64,000 nucleotides of DNA from Candidatus Binatia bacterium (GCA_963666515.2 OY762897.2:2304001-2368000); one strand, 5' to 3'; counted from the first letter of the stretch, positions 33,830 to 43,722 are shown. Program-made: numbers and translations. Notes: generated by a model not told the origin, from the sequence alone.

Positions 33830-34903
33830 ATGATCAGCATTCGCAAACTGGAGAAGATCTTCGACTCGGCCCGGGGGCCGGTGCGCGCCGTCGGCGGCAT
33901 CGACCTGGAAGTGGCCCAAGGCGAGTTCATGGTGCTGCTGGGGCCCAGCGGCTGCGGCAAGACCACCACCCTGCGCTGCGTGGCCGGGCTGGAGCGGCCG
34001 GACGGCGGCTCCATCGAGATCGACGGCGAGCTGGTGGACAGCGCCGGGGGCGGGGCCTACGTGCCGCCGGAACGACGCGACATCGGCATGGTGTTCCAGA
34101 GCTACGCCGTGTGGCCGCACCTGAACGTGTTCCAGAACGTGGTGTTGCCGCTCACCGAGGGACAGCGGCGCATACCGCGCTCGGAGGTGCGGGACCGCGC
34201 ACTGGAGGCGCTCCGGCTGGTGCGGCTGGACGGTCTGGAGGAGCGCCCGGTCACGGACCTGAGCGGCGGGCAGCAGCAGCGCGTGGCGCTGGCCCGGGCG
34301 GTGGTGACCCGGCCCAAGGTGCTGCTCATGGACGAGCCCCTGAGCAACCTCGACGCGCGCCTGCGCGACCAGATGCGCGACGAGCTGCGGCGCATCGCCG
34401 AGTCGGTCAACGTCACCTCCCTCTACGTCACCCACGACCAGGCCGAGGCCCTGAGCCTGGGCGACCGGGTGTGCGTCATGAACGAGGGCGAGATACTTCA
34501 GTTGGACACACCCAAGCAGGTCTACGCCGAGCCCCCCAACCTCTTCGTCGCCCGCTTCGTGGGCGAGATGAACTTCCTCCCCGGCAAGGTGGTGGACGCC
34601 GGCCGCGTGGAGTCCGGCTTGGGCGCCATCGAGTGCGCCGTGCCGCCAGCGTGCGCGCCGGGTACGGCGGTCACCCTGGGCATCCGTCCCGAGCACATCG
34701 GCATCGCCGCGGGCGAGCCGGCAGGCTCGGTCCGCGGACAGGTGTTGCGGCAAACCTACCTCGGCGACGCGCTCCACTGCCAGGTGCAGGTGGGCGAGGT
34801 GGAGCTGACGGTCAAGGCGGTGGGCGACGCCGAGTACGCCCGCGGCGACACCGTCGCGGTCTCGCTGCCCGCCAAGGGCTGGCACGTATTCCCGGAAACG
34901 TAG
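33830..34903 (+). CDS. ABC transporter ATP-binding protein (PotA/FbpC-like)
   Basis: GPSGCGKTT, LSGGQQQRVALAR, LLMDEP, VTHDQ, TOBE-like tail. Confidence 0.95.
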   Translation: MISIRKLEKIFDSARGPVRAVGGIDLEVAQGEFMVLLGPSGCGKTTTLRCVAGLERPDGGSIEIDGELVDSAGGGAYVPPERRDIGMVFQSYAVWPHLNVFQNVVLPLTEGQRRIPRSEVRDRALEALRLVRLDGLEERPVTDLSGGQQQRVALARAVVTRPKVLLMDEPLSNLDARLRDQMRDELRRIAESVNVTSLYVTHDQAEALSLGDRVCVMNEGEILQLDTPKQVYAEPPNLFVARFVGEMNFLPGKVVDAGRVESGLGAIECAVPPACAPGTAVTLGIRPEHIGIAAGEPAGSVRGQVLRQTYLGDALHCQVQVGEVELTVKAVGDAEYARGDTVAVSLPAKGWHVFPET

Positions 34904-34938
34904 GAAGACTCTGGTCTATTTCCGCAAGCAAGATGGCT

Positions 34939-34978
34939 CCGTTCGCCCTGAGCGTAGCGAAGCGAAGTCGAAGGGCGC
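34939..34978 (+). repeat. Single arm of the TTCGAC REP-like family
   Basis: CCGTTCGCCCTGAGCGTAGCGAAGCGAAGTCGAAGGGCGC. Confidence 0.75.
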
Positions 34979-34993
34979 AAGAAAGGAAACCAC

Positions 34994-35932
34994 ATGGCCC
35001 TGATCATCAGCGCGAAGCAGACCCGCGAACTCATCGACATGGCGACCTGCATCCGTCTCCTCGACCGGATGTTCCGGGACCGGGCCGCGGGCAAGGTGCG
35101 GGCCGTCCCGCGCCGGAGGCTCAAGGGAAGCAGCAAGCAGCTCAACGTGATGGCCGCGTGGCACCAGACCTCGGACCTCATCGCGCTGCGAAGCTACGTC
35201 GGCAAGGCCAATACCATCAGCCTGTACGACGGCGGCGCCGGGGGCCTCAAGACCGTCATGAGCGCCGCGTATCTCAGCAGCCTGCGCACCGGCGCGGCCA
35301 CCGGGGTGGCGGCGAAGTATCTCGCACCGGCGAAACCGTCGGTGCTGGGGCTGATCGGTCCCGGCTGGCAGGGCACGTTTCAGGTGGAAGCCGTGGTCAA
35401 GGCCTGCCAGCCGAAGGAGGTGCTGGTATTCGGCCGCAACGCTGCGCGGCGCGACGGCTTCATCGAGGCAATGAGCAAGGTGGTGCGCACACCCTTCCGT
35501 GTGGCGAGCTCGGTAGACGAGGTCGAGAGCGAGTCCGACATCCTGGTGATCTCCACCGACTCCACGACCCCCATCGTCGAAGGCCGGCGGCTCAAGGACG
35601 ACGTTCTGGTGGCCACCATCGGCGCCAATCAGCCGGTGAAGCACGAAGTGTCCGGAAGGCTCATCCGGTCCATGGACCTGGTGGTCACCGACGACCTCGC
35701 CACCGCGCAGAACGACAGCGGCGACCTCATCGACGCCTGCGCCAAGAGGCAACTGCGCTGGCGCGACGTTGTGCCGCTGGAATCCATCGTGGCCGACGGC
35801 CCGCAAGGCAGGCCCCGCAAGGTCCTGTTCCAGTCCAACGGGATCCCGGACGAGGACCTTGCGGTGGGGACGTACGTGCTGCGGCAGGCGCTGAAGAAGG
35901 GAATGCGGCTGCGGGAGATCAGGGAATTCTGA
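34994..35932 (+). CDS. Ornithine cyclodeaminase / mu-crystallin family protein
   Basis: LRTGAATGVA, LIGPGWQG, IGAN..HE, FQSNG..EDLA. Confidence 0.88.
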   Translation: MALIISAKQTRELIDMATCIRLLDRMFRDRAAGKVRAVPRRRLKGSSKQLNVMAAWHQTSDLIALRSYVGKANTISLYDGGAGGLKTVMSAAYLSSLRTGAATGVAAKYLAPAKPSVLGLIGPGWQGTFQVEAVVKACQPKEVLVFGRNAARRDGFIEAMSKVVRTPFRVASSVDEVESESDILVISTDSTTPIVEGRRLKDDVLVATIGANQPVKHEVSGRLIRSMDLVVTDDLATAQNDSGDLIDACAKRQLRWRDVVPLESIVADGPQGRPRKVLFQSNGIPDEDLAVGTYVLRQALKKGMRLREIREF

Positions 35933-35973
35933 GTTCCCGCAACGACGGAGAAGCTGGCCAGGAATCTGTCCAG

Positions 35974-35997
35974 GTAGGGGCGACCCGCGGTCGCCCT
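35974..35997 (+). repeat. GTAG-type REP-like palindrome
   Basis: GTAGGGGCGACCCGCGGTCGCCCT between convergent genes. Confidence 0.65.
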
Positions 35998-37021
35998 AGC
36001 CGGTCACCCCGTACAGCCGCTTGGCCGAATCGGCCAGCAGCCATTTCTTGTCCTCGGGGGACAGGTCCTCCCTGCGGCCGAGGTGGTCGATGTTCTCCGG
36101 GAACTCCATGTCCCAGTGGGGGTAGTCGGACGCGTAGTAGAGCACGTCGGGACTCAGCCACTTGCCGGTCTCGCCGATGAACGGCTCGTAGTCCTCGGCG
36201 TGGAAGTAGATGTTGCCGCCGCGCACGTACTCGCTGGGCTTCTTCTTGCAGAGCGGCGCCTCCGCGGCGCCGCGCTTCTCCCATTCCTCGTCCATGCGTC
36301 CGGCCCAGTAGGGCGCCCACGAGCAGCCCGCCTCCATGAACGCCACCCGGAGGTTGGGGAACCGCTCCATCACGCCCTGGAAGATCATGCTGGTCATCTG
36401 CATCATCTGGGCGAAGGCGTGGGACAGGGTGTGGACCTCGATGAACTGGTCGAAACCGTCGGCGCCGAAAGCCTGGGGCCCGCGGACCGTGGCGTGCACG
36501 CCCACCATGCAGTTGAGCTTCTCCGCCTCCTCGTAGATGGGCCAGTAGTCCTTGTGTCCCAGCGGCAGGCGCAGCCCGATGGCCGGCAGCATCAACCCGG
36601 TGAGATTGAGCTCCGTGACCGCCCGGCGCAGTTCCTTGACCGCCTCGGGCACGTCCTGAAAGGACACCAGCGCCACCCCCTTGAGCCGGGGGCTGACCTT
36701 CTGGAACTCCTCCGAGACGAAGTCGTTCCAGGCCTTGCAAAGGGCCACCGCCAGGTCCGGCTCGCGGATCCAGCCGATGCCCAAGCCGCCCGTCGGATAG
36801 AGGTACGCGGTGGTGAGCCCGCCCTCGTCCATGGCGTTCAGCCACGTCCTGGCGTCACACGCCGTCGTCCCCAGGGTCCCGCCGATGGAACGGTCCCAGT
36901 TGTCGATCGGGTAGAGGGTCGCGGTCCGGTCCACCCACGGTGCTTCCATGTACTTCTTGAGCTGCTCGTCGGTCTCGGTGATGTGCCCGTCCGCATCGAT
37001 GACTTCGATGTCTCTGGCCAT
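35996..37021 (-). CDS. Amidohydrolase-2 family protein
   Basis: IDADGHITE, LYPT, GVH, MEAGCSW, YASDYPHWD; GAGGAGG RBS. Confidence 0.9.
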   Translation of the reverse strand: MARDIEVIDADGHITETDEQLKKYMEAPWVDRTATLYPIDNWDRSIGGTLGTTACDARTWLNAMDEGGLTTAYLYPTGGLGIGWIREPDLAVALCKAWNDFVSEEFQKVSPRLKGVALVSFQDVPEAVKELRRAVTELNLTGLMLPAIGLRLPLGHKDYWPIYEEAEKLNCMVGVHATVRGPQAFGADGFDQFIEVHTLSHAFAQMMQMTSMIFQGVMERFPNLRVAFMEAGCSWAPYWAGRMDEEWEKRGAAEAPLCKKKPSEYVRGGNIYFHAEDYEPFIGETGKWLSPDVLYYASDYPHWDMEFPENIDHLGRREDLSPEDKKWLLADSAKRLYGVTG

Positions 37022-37118
37022 GGTTTCCTCCTCGATTGGATTGGTCGTTGAAACGCACATACCCGTGTCGTTACCGGCCACGCATGACGGCGTATCCGTT
37101 CGGTAGGCACGCTAGGCG

Positions 37119-37206
37119 ACTCTACGGCGAGGCGCGCTCCATTGTCAACACCACCGCCAAACGCAGCCACATCAAGCTTGACATGCGCCCCCTGCCTGAA
37201 TAAACA
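37119..37206. promoter_or_regulatory. Back-to-back putative sigma-70 promoters
   Basis: Minus strand TTGACA(37148)-N18-TAGAGT; plus strand TTGACA(37178)-N17-TAAACA. Confidence 0.5.
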
Positions 37207-37284
37207 TGGCGGTTTTCAAACGGCGCGGGAATCGTTGTCCGCGCCGGCAAACCCGGCGGCTACCGCCTGTACGGAGGTATACCC

Positions 37285-38256
37285 ATGACTCGTATTCTTA
37301 GCGCCGTTGTCATTGGCTTCGCGGTACTGCTGCTGTTCGGCACCGCGGTCCAGGCGGAGTTCCCCAAGAAGAACATCAACAGCATCGTCACCTTCTCGCC
37401 GGGCGGGGGCTTCGACACCATTTCCCGGGCCATCTCCCGCTTCGGCGAGAAGTACCTGCCCAAGGGCGTCAAGATGATCGTCAAGAACGTCACCGGCGCC
37501 GGCGGCATCACCGGCACCGTCTATCTGTACCGCTCCAAGCCCGACGGCTACACCATCGGACAGCTCCACGGCGGCATGATGGCGGTGCCGTTCCTCAGGG
37601 GCGTCAAGAAGACGGGCTACGACTACGAGAAGTTCACCTGGGTGGCGCGGGTCGGAGGCGAGCCCTACGCCCTGCTCTTGCGCAAGGACTCCAAGTACAA
37701 GTCGCTGGAGGAGTTGCAGAAGTCCAAACGCGTGACCTGGGGTCTCGAAGCCATCGGCGTCGGACGCTGGGTGGACGCCTTCATTGCGGCCGGCGAATTG
37801 GGCATCGACTTCCAGGTCGTGTCCGGTTACCGCGGCACGGGCGAGAACCTGCCCGGCCTGTTGCGGGGGGACTACGACGTCTTCTTCCAGCCCATCGACC
37901 ATCCCTCCGTGGTGCCGTACCTCAAGACCGGCGAGATCCGGCCGGTCCTGACCATGGGGGCCAAGAGAGCCATCAACGCTCCCGATGTCCGCACCGCCAT
38001 CGAGGCGGGGTACAACGTCACGGTGTCTTCGGCCCGCCACATAGCGGCCCCGCCGGGAACTCCCGCCACGGTGGTGAAGGCCCTGGAGACGCTGCTGATG
38101 AAGGCCATGAACGACAAGGACTACGACGCGTTCATCAAGAAGTCGGGCCTGGTGCTGGATCCGGGCGGCACCAAGCGCGCCAACAAGGACATCGCGGATC
38201 TCGCGGCGCTCTACCGGAAGTACACGCCGGCGATGAAGAAGACGCTGAAGAAGTAG
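37285..38256 (+). CDS. Bug/TctC tripartite tricarboxylate transporter substrate-binding protein
   Basis: Signal peptide; FP..IVTFSPGGGFD, NVTGAGG, KPDGYT, GYRG, APPGTP. Confidence 0.9.
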   Translation: MTRILSAVVIGFAVLLLFGTAVQAEFPKKNINSIVTFSPGGGFDTISRAISRFGEKYLPKGVKMIVKNVTGAGGITGTVYLYRSKPDGYTIGQLHGGMMAVPFLRGVKKTGYDYEKFTWVARVGGEPYALLLRKDSKYKSLEELQKSKRVTWGLEAIGVGRWVDAFIAAGELGIDFQVVSGYRGTGENLPGLLRGDYDVFFQPIDHPSVVPYLKTGEIRPVLTMGAKRAINAPDVRTAIEAGYNVTVSSARHIAAPPGTPATVVKALETLLMKAMNDKDYDAFIKKSGLVLDPGGTKRANKDIADLAALYRKYTPAMKKTLKK

Positions 38257-38287
38257 TAGGGCGAAGGCGGTCCCAGACAATTGCAGA

Positions 38288-38316
38288 TTGACAAGGTGGC
38301 TACTGGTAGCTACTTT
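38288..38316 (+). promoter_or_regulatory. Sigma-70 promoter with overlapping operator for a TA operon
   Basis: TTGACA-N17-TACTTT; tandem GTGGCTAC/GTAGCTAC in the spacer and -10; ATG 7 nt downstream. Confidence 0.7.
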
Positions 38317-38323
38317 ATCAATC

Positions 38324-38617
38324 ATGCGATCGGTAGGAATCAAGGCTCTCAACAGCCGGCTGAGCGAATACATCCGGCTCGCTGCATCCGGCGAAACCGT
38401 CCTGGTCACGGACCGGGACCGCGTCGTGGCGGAGATCGGTCCTCCCAAGGAGACGAGGAGCCCGTTTCTCGCCGACGCCCTGCTGGCGGAAGCGGTACGT
38501 GCGGGTTTGTTGACGCCGCCCGCACTACCGGCCTCCGGTAAACCTCCTGCATCCCAACCCGTAGCACCGTTGAGCCACCTTCTGGCTGAGCTCAACGACG
38601 ATCGAACCGACCGGTGA
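38324..38617 (+). CDS. Phd/YefM family antitoxin
   Basis: MRSVGIKALNSRLSEYIRLAASGETVLVTDRDRVVAEI. Confidence 0.85.
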   Translation: MRSVGIKALNSRLSEYIRLAASGETVLVTDRDRVVAEIGPPKETRSPFLADALLAEAVRAGLLTPPALPASGKPPASQPVAPLSHLLAELNDDRTDR

Positions 38618-39000
38618 TCTACGTCGATACTTCCGTCGCGCTCGCCCATCTCCTGGCCGAAGACCGCCGTCCACCTGCGTCGCTATGGAGCGAAACCCTG
38701 GTAGCCAGCCGGTTGTTGGAATACGAGGTCTGGACCCGGCTACACGCCCGCAAGCTTGCCCGCTCGCACGGCGATGCGGCCCGCGAACTTATCGGGCGAA
38801 TCGCCATGCTGGAGCTTTCACCCCAAGTGCTCACGCGCGCGCTGGAGGCGTTTCCCCTACCCGTGCGCACGCTGGATGCCCTGCACTTGGCGTCATGTGA
38901 GTACTTGCGCGAGCAAGGCCAAACGGTCGCGCTGGCCAGCTACGACCGTCGGATGACGGACGTCGCCCGCGCCATGGAAGTGCCCGTTCTTGAGTTGTAG
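38614..39000 (+). CDS. PIN-domain (VapC) toxin
   Basis: IYVDTSV..EYE..RTLDALHLAS..SYDRR; GTGA overlap with antitoxin. Confidence 0.88.
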   Translation: MIYVDTSVALAHLLAEDRRPPASLWSETLVASRLLEYEVWTRLHARKLARSHGDAARELIGRIAMLELSPQVLTRALEAFPLPVRTLDALHLASCEYLREQGQTVALASYDRRMTDVARAMEVPVLEL

Positions 39001-39017
39001 CCGCTGCACAGGGACCG

Positions 39018-39095
39018 TCAAGTACCCTTGAAACTCGGCTTTCGCTTCTCGTGGAACGCTTCCACGCCTTCCCGGAAGTCGTCGGACTGGCGCAG
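39018..39095 (-). pseudogene. 3' remnant of an enoyl-CoA hydratase gene
   Basis: Minus strand QSDDFREGVEAFHEKRKPSFKGT*, a typical crotonase C-terminus. Confidence 0.6.
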
Positions 39096-39099
39096 GCGG

Positions 39100-39420
39100 G
39101 GGAGACCCGGCAGCCGGTCTGGCTCTCGAAACGGCCCGCCGTGTCCACGTCTATGGCCGCGGTGCGGTGGCGCAAGGCCAGTAGTGAACTCAGATCGAAA
39201 GGCTCGACATCATGCTGGGACAGCCGCGCCGGGATGACGGGGACCGTGGTCGCCACCGTGACGCTGGCCTTCTCCACCAGGGCACACGGGCGATAGTTGT
39301 CGGGAAAGGTGAAGGCGCACGGCGCGGTGCCGGACATGACCCAGGCCAAGACCCCGGCGGCGCCGGACATGGGCGCGAAGATGCCCACGTTGTCGACTTC
39401 GCCCACCGCCAGACGTTCGG
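39100..39420 (-). pseudogene. Internal fragment of an AMP-dependent acyl-CoA ligase gene
   Basis: GIFAPMSGAAG..LVEKASVTVATTVPV..FDLSSL..AA; lacks N- and C-terminal parts. Confidence 0.5.
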
Positions 39421-39448
39421 CTATGCCCCGGCCGATACAGACCTGGGC

Positions 39449-39847
39449 CTATACCGCCCGCGCGCGAACGATGGCTACGTCGTACGATTCAAGCACCGCG
39501 TCGGCGGTGACGAGCGTCAGCCCTTCCACCTGGGCCTGGGCCACCAGGGCGCGGTCGAACGGGTCGCGATGGTGCGGCGGCAGCGCGGCGGCGGTCAAGG
39601 CATGGAGGTGGGATATCGGCAGCCCGACGGCGCCGCTCCGTCTCATGCTCTCCGCCACGTAGATCGCCGGCGGTTCGGGAAGCGAAAGCCGGCCGGCCTC
39701 GTACTTGATCGCAATCTCCCAAGCGCTGGCCGCCGAGAGGTATATCTCGGCCGATCCAACGGCCATCGTCTCCAACAGACTGGCGGAGATCCGTTCGGGC
39801 TCGGTCTGCAACCACAGCCAGCAGTGGGTATCCAGGAGATACCTCAT
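39449..39847 (-). CDS. PIN-domain (VapC) toxin
   Basis: YLLDTHCWLW..SAASAWEIAIK..LPPHHRDPFDRALVAQA..LVTAD. Confidence 0.92.
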   Translation of the reverse strand: MRYLLDTHCWLWLQTEPERISASLLETMAVGSAEIYLSAASAWEIAIKYEAGRLSLPEPPAIYVAESMRRSGAVGLPISHLHALTAAALPPHHRDPFDRALVAQAQVEGLTLVTADAVLESYDVAIVRARAV

Positions 39848-40077
39848 TTCCGTCCTTCGAAGGCACGCAGCAGTTCCTCGTCCAACGGGGCGTCAAAGTC
39901 GTCAGGCACCACGAACCGTCCCCGGTCGTGGCCGAAGGTGCGCCGCCCTTGTCCGATCGGCACGAGGCGCGCCACCGGCTGTCCTGACCGTGTAATGACT
40001 ACATCGTCTCCGGCAGCGATCTCCCGCAACAGCCTTGAGAGATGGGTCTTCGCTTCATGGACGGTTACTTGAGGCAT
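39844..40077 (-). CDS. Phd/YefM family antitoxin
   Basis: VTVHEAKTHLSRLL..GDDVVITRSGQPVARLVP..PDDFDAPL. Confidence 0.92.
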   Translation of the reverse strand: MPQVTVHEAKTHLSRLLREIAAGDDVVITRSGQPVARLVPIGQGRRTFGHDRGRFVVPDDFDAPLDEELLRAFEGRK

Positions 40078-40086
40078 AACGGGCTC

Positions 40087-40115
40087 ATACTAGACTAAGT
40101 TGATGACTAAGTCAA
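40087..40115 (-). promoter_or_regulatory. Sigma-70 promoter with overlapping operator repeats
   Basis: Minus strand TTGACT-N17-TAGTAT; GACTAAGT twice (40093, 40105); ATG 9 nt downstream. Confidence 0.7.
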
Positions 40116-40133
40116 TTCGCACGGCGCTCATCG

Positions 40134-41813
40134 TCACACGCCGTTCCGCAGCACCTTCCCGGAGCGTTCCCCGGTGGGCTCGCCGTCCTCCAGCACCACC
40201 TGGCCGTTGACCAGGACCGTGCGGATGCCGTCGGCCTGCTGCACCAGCCGAGCGGCGCCGCCGGGAAAGTCGTGCATCAGCTCGGGCTCCCGCGGCGCCA
40301 CCGTGGCGGGGTCGAACACCACTACGTCCGCGGCCATCCCTTCCTCGAGCCGGCCGCGGTCGGTGATGCCGCAGATGTCCGCCTGCATGGAGGTGAGCTT
40401 GCGGACGCCCTCCTCCAGGGTAAGGTCGCCGCGCTCCCGCACGTACTTGTCGAGCAGCAGCGTGCAGTAGCCGAAGCCCGCGTCGATGGCCACATGGGCG
40501 CCGGCGTCGGACTGGCCCAGCACGGTGTAGGGGTTCGACACGATGGCGCCCACGGCGTCGGCGTCGCCGTTGGTGTGGGCGGTCTGGAAACCGGTCGCCA
40601 AGTCTTCCTCCAGGCACAGGTCCATGAACGCGTCGAAGACGTCCTTACCCTGGGAGCGGGCGTAGTCGGCCACGTTGGCGCCCTTGAGGTGCGCGTTCTT
40701 CTCGGTGGCGGGCTTGACGATGTAGACGATATCCCAGCGCCTGTGGAAGGCCGACGTGCCGGTGTCCTCCACCACCTCCCAGCGGAGCTTCTTGCGCACC
40801 TCCGGGTCCTGGAACGCGGCCCGGCGTTCCTCGATGGGGCTGAACATGAGGCCGCGCCAGGTGGGGAACTCGTCGAACTCCTGGCCGTCGATCAGGTTGA
40901 AGCGGTTGTTGAAGGGCCGGACGTTGGTGTTGGCCCAGGCCTGGGCGCCGCGCTCGAAGCCTTTCACCGTGGCGTCCAGCAGCTCACGCCATTCATCGGG
41001 TCTGGCCCAGCGGTGCAGGATGGAGTTCCACACCACCGGACGGCCGGTGCGGAGCGAGAAGTCGGCCAGCGACGCCACCCGCTCGGCGTTCTGGCCCGCG
41101 GAGCTCATCTGGATGACGCCACGGTTCAGGTCCGTGAGCACCTGCCCCAACGCTTCCAGCTCCTCCCACTCCGCCAGCCGGCTGGGCAGTGGCTCGCCGT
41201 CCTCGCGGAAGTGCCGCTCGTTGCGGTTGGTGGAGAAGCCCAGCAGCCCGGCATTCAGCGCCTCGCGCAGGAGCGCCTGCATGGCGGCGATCTCTTCGGC
41301 GGTGGCGGCGCGCTTGATGGCGTCGTCGCCCATGACGTACTGGCGTAGCGGGCAGTGGCCCACCAGCATGCCGACGTTGAGCGCCGGGCGCATGGCCTCC
41401 ACCGCGCCCATGTAGCCGGCCATGTCGGTCCAGCTCCATTCCACCGCGCGCCGCAAAAGCCCGATGTCCATGCCCTCCACGTGGGAGAAGGTCTGGAGCA
41501 GGATGTCCCGGTCCTCGGGCTTGCACGGCGCCAGACTCAGGCCGCAGTTGCCGGTGACGATGCTGGTGACGCCGTGGTAGCAGGAGCTGGTCACCAGGGG
41601 ATCCCACAGCAACTGGGCGTCCATGTGGGTGTGGCCGTCGATGAAGCCGGGCGCCACGACCAGACCGTCGCCGTCCACCTCGCGTGTGGCGGGGCCGGCC
41701 TTGCCGCCCACCTGGTGGATGGTCCCGGCCTCGATGGCCACGTCCCCGGTGTAACCGGGCCTGCCCGAGCCGTCGCAGATGGTCGCGCCGCGAATCACCA
41801 TATCGTGTGCCAT
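40134..41813 (-). CDS. N-acyl-D-amino-acid deacylase family amidohydrolase
   Basis: DGSG, APGFIDGHTHMDAQ, GVTSIVTGNCG, SDAGAH, DRGRLEEGMAADVVVFD. Confidence 0.9.
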   Translation of the reverse strand: MAHDMVIRGATICDGSGRPGYTGDVAIEAGTIHQVGGKAGPATREVDGDGLVVAPGFIDGHTHMDAQLLWDPLVTSSCYHGVTSIVTGNCGLSLAPCKPEDRDILLQTFSHVEGMDIGLLRRAVEWSWTDMAGYMGAVEAMRPALNVGMLVGHCPLRQYVMGDDAIKRAATAEEIAAMQALLREALNAGLLGFSTNRNERHFREDGEPLPSRLAEWEELEALGQVLTDLNRGVIQMSSAGQNAERVASLADFSLRTGRPVVWNSILHRWARPDEWRELLDATVKGFERGAQAWANTNVRPFNNRFNLIDGQEFDEFPTWRGLMFSPIEERRAAFQDPEVRKKLRWEVVEDTGTSAFHRRWDIVYIVKPATEKNAHLKGANVADYARSQGKDVFDAFMDLCLEEDLATGFQTAHTNGDADAVGAIVSNPYTVLGQSDAGAHVAIDAGFGYCTLLLDKYVRERGDLTLEEGVRKLTSMQADICGITDRGRLEEGMAADVVVFDPATVAPREPELMHDFPGGAARLVQQADGIRTVLVNGQVVLEDGEPTGERSGKVLRNGV

Positions 41814-41838
41814 GATGAGTCCTCCCGATTAAATGCGT

Positions 41839-41951
41839 GTCCTTCGACTTCGCTCGGCTACGCCTCGCTACGCTCAGGACGAGCGGTTGTAGGGACCATT
41901 GGCCGTTCGTCCTGAGCGTAGCGGAGCGTAAGCGAAGCGAAGTCGAAGGAC
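41839..41951. repeat. Inverted doublet of the TTCGAC REP-like family
   Basis: GTCCTTCGACTTCGC..CTACGCTCAGGACGAGCGG spacer CCGTTCGTCCTGAGCGTAG..GAAGTCGAAGGAC. Confidence 0.85.
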
Positions 41952-41960
41952 GCCATCTTC

Positions 41961-43706
41961 TCAAATCGCCTGTATGATCACGTCCACCAGCGCCGGCTTG
42001 CGCTCTTCCTTGACCACGGCCAGCGCGCGCCTGACCGCGGGCTGGATGTCTGCGGGGTCCTCCACCGGGCCCTCGCTGTAGACGCCGAAGGACTTGGCCA
42101 GGGTGGCGAAGTCCACCGGCGGCGTCTCCATGCGCATGCCGATGCCCTTGTTCTCCACCGGGCGGCTGCGCGCCACCGCCACCCGCTCCTGGTGCTCCTC
42201 GTCGTTGTAGTAGGTGCGGTTGTTGGTCATAAGCATGAGCAGCGGCACGCTGTAGCTGGCGGCGGTCCAGAGGGCGCTGTTGGTGTACAGCAGGTCGCCG
42301 TCGCGCTGCAGGTCGATGCACACCGTGCCGGTGTCCTTGAGCCCCAGGGCCGCGCCCACCGACGCCCCGGGGGCGTAGCCTAGGCCGCCGCCGCCGTAGC
42401 CGCCGAGGAACGCGTTGGGCTTCTCCCAGTCCCAGAGCCGCCGCGGCCAGCCGCGGAACGCCCCGGCCACCAGTGTCCAGTCCTCGTCCTTGACGACCTC
42501 CCATATCTCCTGGGCCATGCGCGGCGGCGAGATGGGGCGCTCGTCCCAGCGCTTGCGCAGCATGGCCTGGCTCTCTTCGCGGATCGCCCGGTGGCGCTGC
42601 TCCAGCGCCCGGCAGCGGTCATCCTTAACGGATTGCTCCGGGCCGCCACGCCGCTTGACCGCCTCGGTCAGCGCGGGCACGAACACGCTCGTATCGGCCA
42701 GGATGGGCAGGTCCACGGGCGACAGCTCCATGAACTCGGTGGACCAGCTCTTGATGGCGAAGTCCGCCAACGTCACGTTGATGATCTTGCAGCCGGGCTG
42801 GAACGCGGGCTCCGAGGTCTGCGTCCTGGCGTCGTGCCGGTGCAGCGCGCCGTAGAGGTCCATGACGTCAAGCCCCAGGATGACGTCGGCCTCGGCCACC
42901 ATCTCCTTCTCCTTGCCGCTCAGGTCCAGCGGGTGGGTGTTGGGGAAGTTGTGGCGCGCGCCCCGGTCCACCACCGGCGCACCCAAGGCCTCCGCAAACT
43001 CCACCAGCGAGAGCATGGACTTGGGATTACGTCCCAGATAGTCGGCGATGATGAGCGGGTTTTGCGCTTCGCACAGCCACGTGGCAGCTTCCTCGATGGC
43101 GCCCTGCTCGGCCTGGAGCGGAACGGGTGGCCGGAAGCGGTCCGGCGCCGGCATGCCGGACGCCATGGCCTCCGGCAGCCGCGACTCCTGCAGGTCGAGG
43201 TCGAAGCACACGTAGACCGGGCCCTTGGGCTCGGTCATGGCCACCCGGTAGGCGCGCAGGATGGAGTTGGGCAAGGCGCCCAGGCTCATGGGCTGGTCGT
43301 CCAGCTTGACGATGTCGCGCACGAAGTTGCCCTGCACCAGCGCCGTGTGGATCCAGTCGATCCAGGGCCGCCGCTTGGTGGTGTCCATGGGTCCGGTGCC
43401 CCCCAGGACCAGCACCGGCGTCTTGTCGCACCAGGCGTTGTAGATTGCCATGGAGGCGTGCTGGAGCCCCACGACGTCATGCACGATGGCCGCCATGGGC
43501 TCGCCGGTGGCCTTGGCGTAGCCGTGGGCCACGGCCACGGCGATCTCCTCGTGGCAACAGACGATCATCTCCGGGTTCTTGTTGTGGTTGTAGTTCACCA
43601 GCGAATCGTGGATGCCGCGAAAGCTCGCCCCGGGGTTCAGCGCCGCGTACTTGATCCCCAGGCTCTTGAGCATGTCCACGATCAGGTCGGAGCCGTATTC
43701 CGCCAT
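41961..43706 (-). CDS. Thiamine pyrophosphate-binding protein (acetolactate synthase/benzoylformate decarboxylase superfamily)
   Basis: NPGASFRG, HEEIAVAVAHGYAK, GGGLGY, RDGDLLY..NNRTY. Confidence 0.88.
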   Translation of the reverse strand: MAEYGSDLIVDMLKSLGIKYAALNPGASFRGIHDSLVNYNHNKNPEMIVCCHEEIAVAVAHGYAKATGEPMAAIVHDVVGLQHASMAIYNAWCDKTPVLVLGGTGPMDTTKRRPWIDWIHTALVQGNFVRDIVKLDDQPMSLGALPNSILRAYRVAMTEPKGPVYVCFDLDLQESRLPEAMASGMPAPDRFRPPVPLQAEQGAIEEAATWLCEAQNPLIIADYLGRNPKSMLSLVEFAEALGAPVVDRGARHNFPNTHPLDLSGKEKEMVAEADVILGLDVMDLYGALHRHDARTQTSEPAFQPGCKIINVTLADFAIKSWSTEFMELSPVDLPILADTSVFVPALTEAVKRRGGPEQSVKDDRCRALEQRHRAIREESQAMLRKRWDERPISPPRMAQEIWEVVKDEDWTLVAGAFRGWPRRLWDWEKPNAFLGGYGGGGLGYAPGASVGAALGLKDTGTVCIDLQRDGDLLYTNSALWTAASYSVPLLMLMTNNRTYYNDEEHQERVAVARSRPVENKGIGMRMETPPVDFATLAKSFGVYSEGPVEDPADIQPAVRRALAVVKEERKPALVDVIIQAI

Positions 43707-43722
43707 GTCATCTCCTCGTTGA

